This document shows, piece by piece, positions 62,894 through 64,000 of a stretch of 64,000 nucleotides of DNA. Location: contig CAVRET010000002.1 of the NCBI GenBank assembly GCA_963720265.1, forward strand, positions 136,704 to 200,703, in the 5' to 3' direction. The DNA is from an uncultured bacterium (lineage in GTDB: Bacteria > Patescibacteriota > Saccharimonadia > UBA4664). Made by a program: the position numbers and the translations under genes. Position 1 is the stretch's first letter, and each line of letters starts with the position of its first letter. The notes under the pieces are model-generated. The model ran no database searches. It was given only the letters and a program-made list of their open reading frames with translations, and was not told the origin of the DNA.

Positions 62894-64000
62894 TTAATGC
62901 AGGTTGCTGATACCGCCCGAGCCGACCAAACCGTAGACTGGCAACAAAATAGCCGCGATCACACCGCCCACCACCACGCCCAAAATCACCATCATCACGG
63001 GCTCAATCGTGGTCGACAGGTTCTTCACTTCTTCATCAAGCTCACCCTCAAAATACGTCGCCACCCGGTCGAGCATTGAGTCAATCGCGCCCGACTCTTC
63101 ACCGATCTTAATCATCTGTGGTACCAGGCGCGTAAACGTGGGCTGCTCTATGAGCATCGATGACAGCGCCTTACCGCCCTTCACACCATCCATGGCCTTC
63201 TCGATCGCCGCCTCCACGTGCACGTTGGAAACCGCTTCTTTCACAATGCGCAGCGCCTCCAGCATGGGGATACCGCTTTCGAGCATGGTGCCCAGTGTGC
63301 GCGCAAATCGCGCCATGTACATCTTGCGATAGAGCCGTCCAAAAACCGGCACATCTAATTTCAAGCTGTCAATCATGCTCCGGCCGGGCGGGGTGTGAAT
63401 GTAGCTGCGCAGTGCAAACACAGCACCCACCAGCGCGATCAGCACGAGTATCCACAAGTGCTGTACGATGTTCGAAATAGCCAGCAAAATGCGGGTCATG
63501 ATCGGCAATGTTTGGCCCAAGCTCTGGTACAGGTCCCCCACCTGGGGCAATACTGTGGTCAACATAAATATCAACACCGCGATGATCACAGCCAAGACAA
63601 TGATCGGATAAATCAGCGCGCTCCGGATCTTGCTCAAAATAGCCGCATCCTTTTCCTGCTGGTTGGCAATACGCTCCATCGTCTTATCAAGTGAGCCGGA
63701 CGCTTCGCCAGCGGCCACCAAGCTCACGTACACATTGCTAAACACCTTCGGAAACTGCGCGAATGACTGACTCAGTGAAACGCCGGATTCCACGCTCGTA
63801 ACAACTTCGGTGACCACCCTTTGCAGCGTCTGGCTCTGGAGCTGCTCACCGACAGTCCGCAAACTCTGGGTAAGGGGCAGGCCAGCGTTAATCAAGGTCG
63901 ACATCTGCCTCGTGAAGATCACCCGGTCCTTTGAACTGACATGCCCGCCAAAGCCGGTTTGGGCGAGCAGCCCGCTTTCGCTCTTTTGGTCGATTGAGAT
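62894..64000 (-). CDS. pilC: Type IV pilus assembly platform protein PilC (GspF/T2SS-F family); the 5' end runs off the window
   Basis: Two T2SSF-domain repeats (...AGLPLTQSLRTVGEQ... and ...SGIPMLEALRIVKEA...) with TM helices. The reading frame stays open to position 64000. Confidence 0.75.
   Translation of the reverse strand: MSIDQKSESGLLAQTGFGGHVSSKDRVIFTRQMSTLINAGLPLTQSLRTVGEQLQSQTLQRVVTEVVTSVESGVSLSQSFAQFPKVFSNVYVSLVAAGEASGSLDKTMERIANQQEKDAAILSKIRSALIYPIIVLAVIIAVLIFMLTTVLPQVGDLYQSLGQTLPIMTRILLAISNIVQHLWILVLIALVGAVFALRSYIHTPPGRSMIDSLKLDVPVFGRLYRKMYMARFARTLGTMLESGIPMLEALRIVKEAVSNVHVEAAIEKAMDGVKGGKALSSMLIEQPTFTRLVPQMIKIGEESGAIDSMLDRVATYFEGELDEEVKNLSTTIEPVMMVILGVVVGGVIAAILLPVYGLVGSGGISNLH

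Overview
This 64 kb window is a gene-dense bacterial chromosome segment with about 52% GC and GC-rich patches. Its gene content fits a small-genome Gram-positive-like or CPR/Saccharibacteria-like organism: a MurT/GatD pair, T-box-regulated thrS, a cluster of nucleotide-salvage kinases, and a full type IV pilus locus (PilD, PilC, two major pilins, three minor pilins, and a Wzy_C/TPR protein). I could not confirm the taxonomy from sequence alone.

Housekeeping genes present are rnhA (partial), an isochorismatase-family gene, a site-2 protease, rpmB, miaA, thrS, nrdR, rplY, ndk, an M16 peptidase, dedA and xerD. I found nine tRNA genes: Pro-GGG, Val-GAC, Val-CAC, Ala-GGC, Gly-CCC, Thr-CGT, Asp-GTC and Arg-CCT (eight listed; Val counted twice).

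Several accessory regions punctuate the core:
- An IS200-like remnant sits beside a decayed four-helix-bundle gene and a Y-family polymerase cassette.
- A surface-polysaccharide cluster with a QxxRW processive GT2 synthase.
- A 1.1 kb GC-rich block carrying one orphan ORF.
- Two copies of an approximately 95 nt structured repeat, close to a tRNA-Gly/Thr pair.
- A roughly 3.1 kb island holding an IS982 element, mazEF and vapBC modules, bracketed by a 48 nt hairpin-containing direct repeat and threaded by four copies of a conserved core-plus-hairpin repeat.
- An integrative element at tRNA-Arg, carrying a large serine recombinase and a replication-relaxation protein. It also has a four-gene operon (HTH, 4-TM protein, unknown 287 aa protein, and a 497 aa unknown-domain::Mrr-cat nuclease fusion), which is my best candidate for an undescribed defence system. 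The element ends near an intact IS200.

No CRISPR array and no rRNA were seen. All calls rest on reading motifs in the six-frame translations and the nucleotide sequence; nothing was searched against a database.
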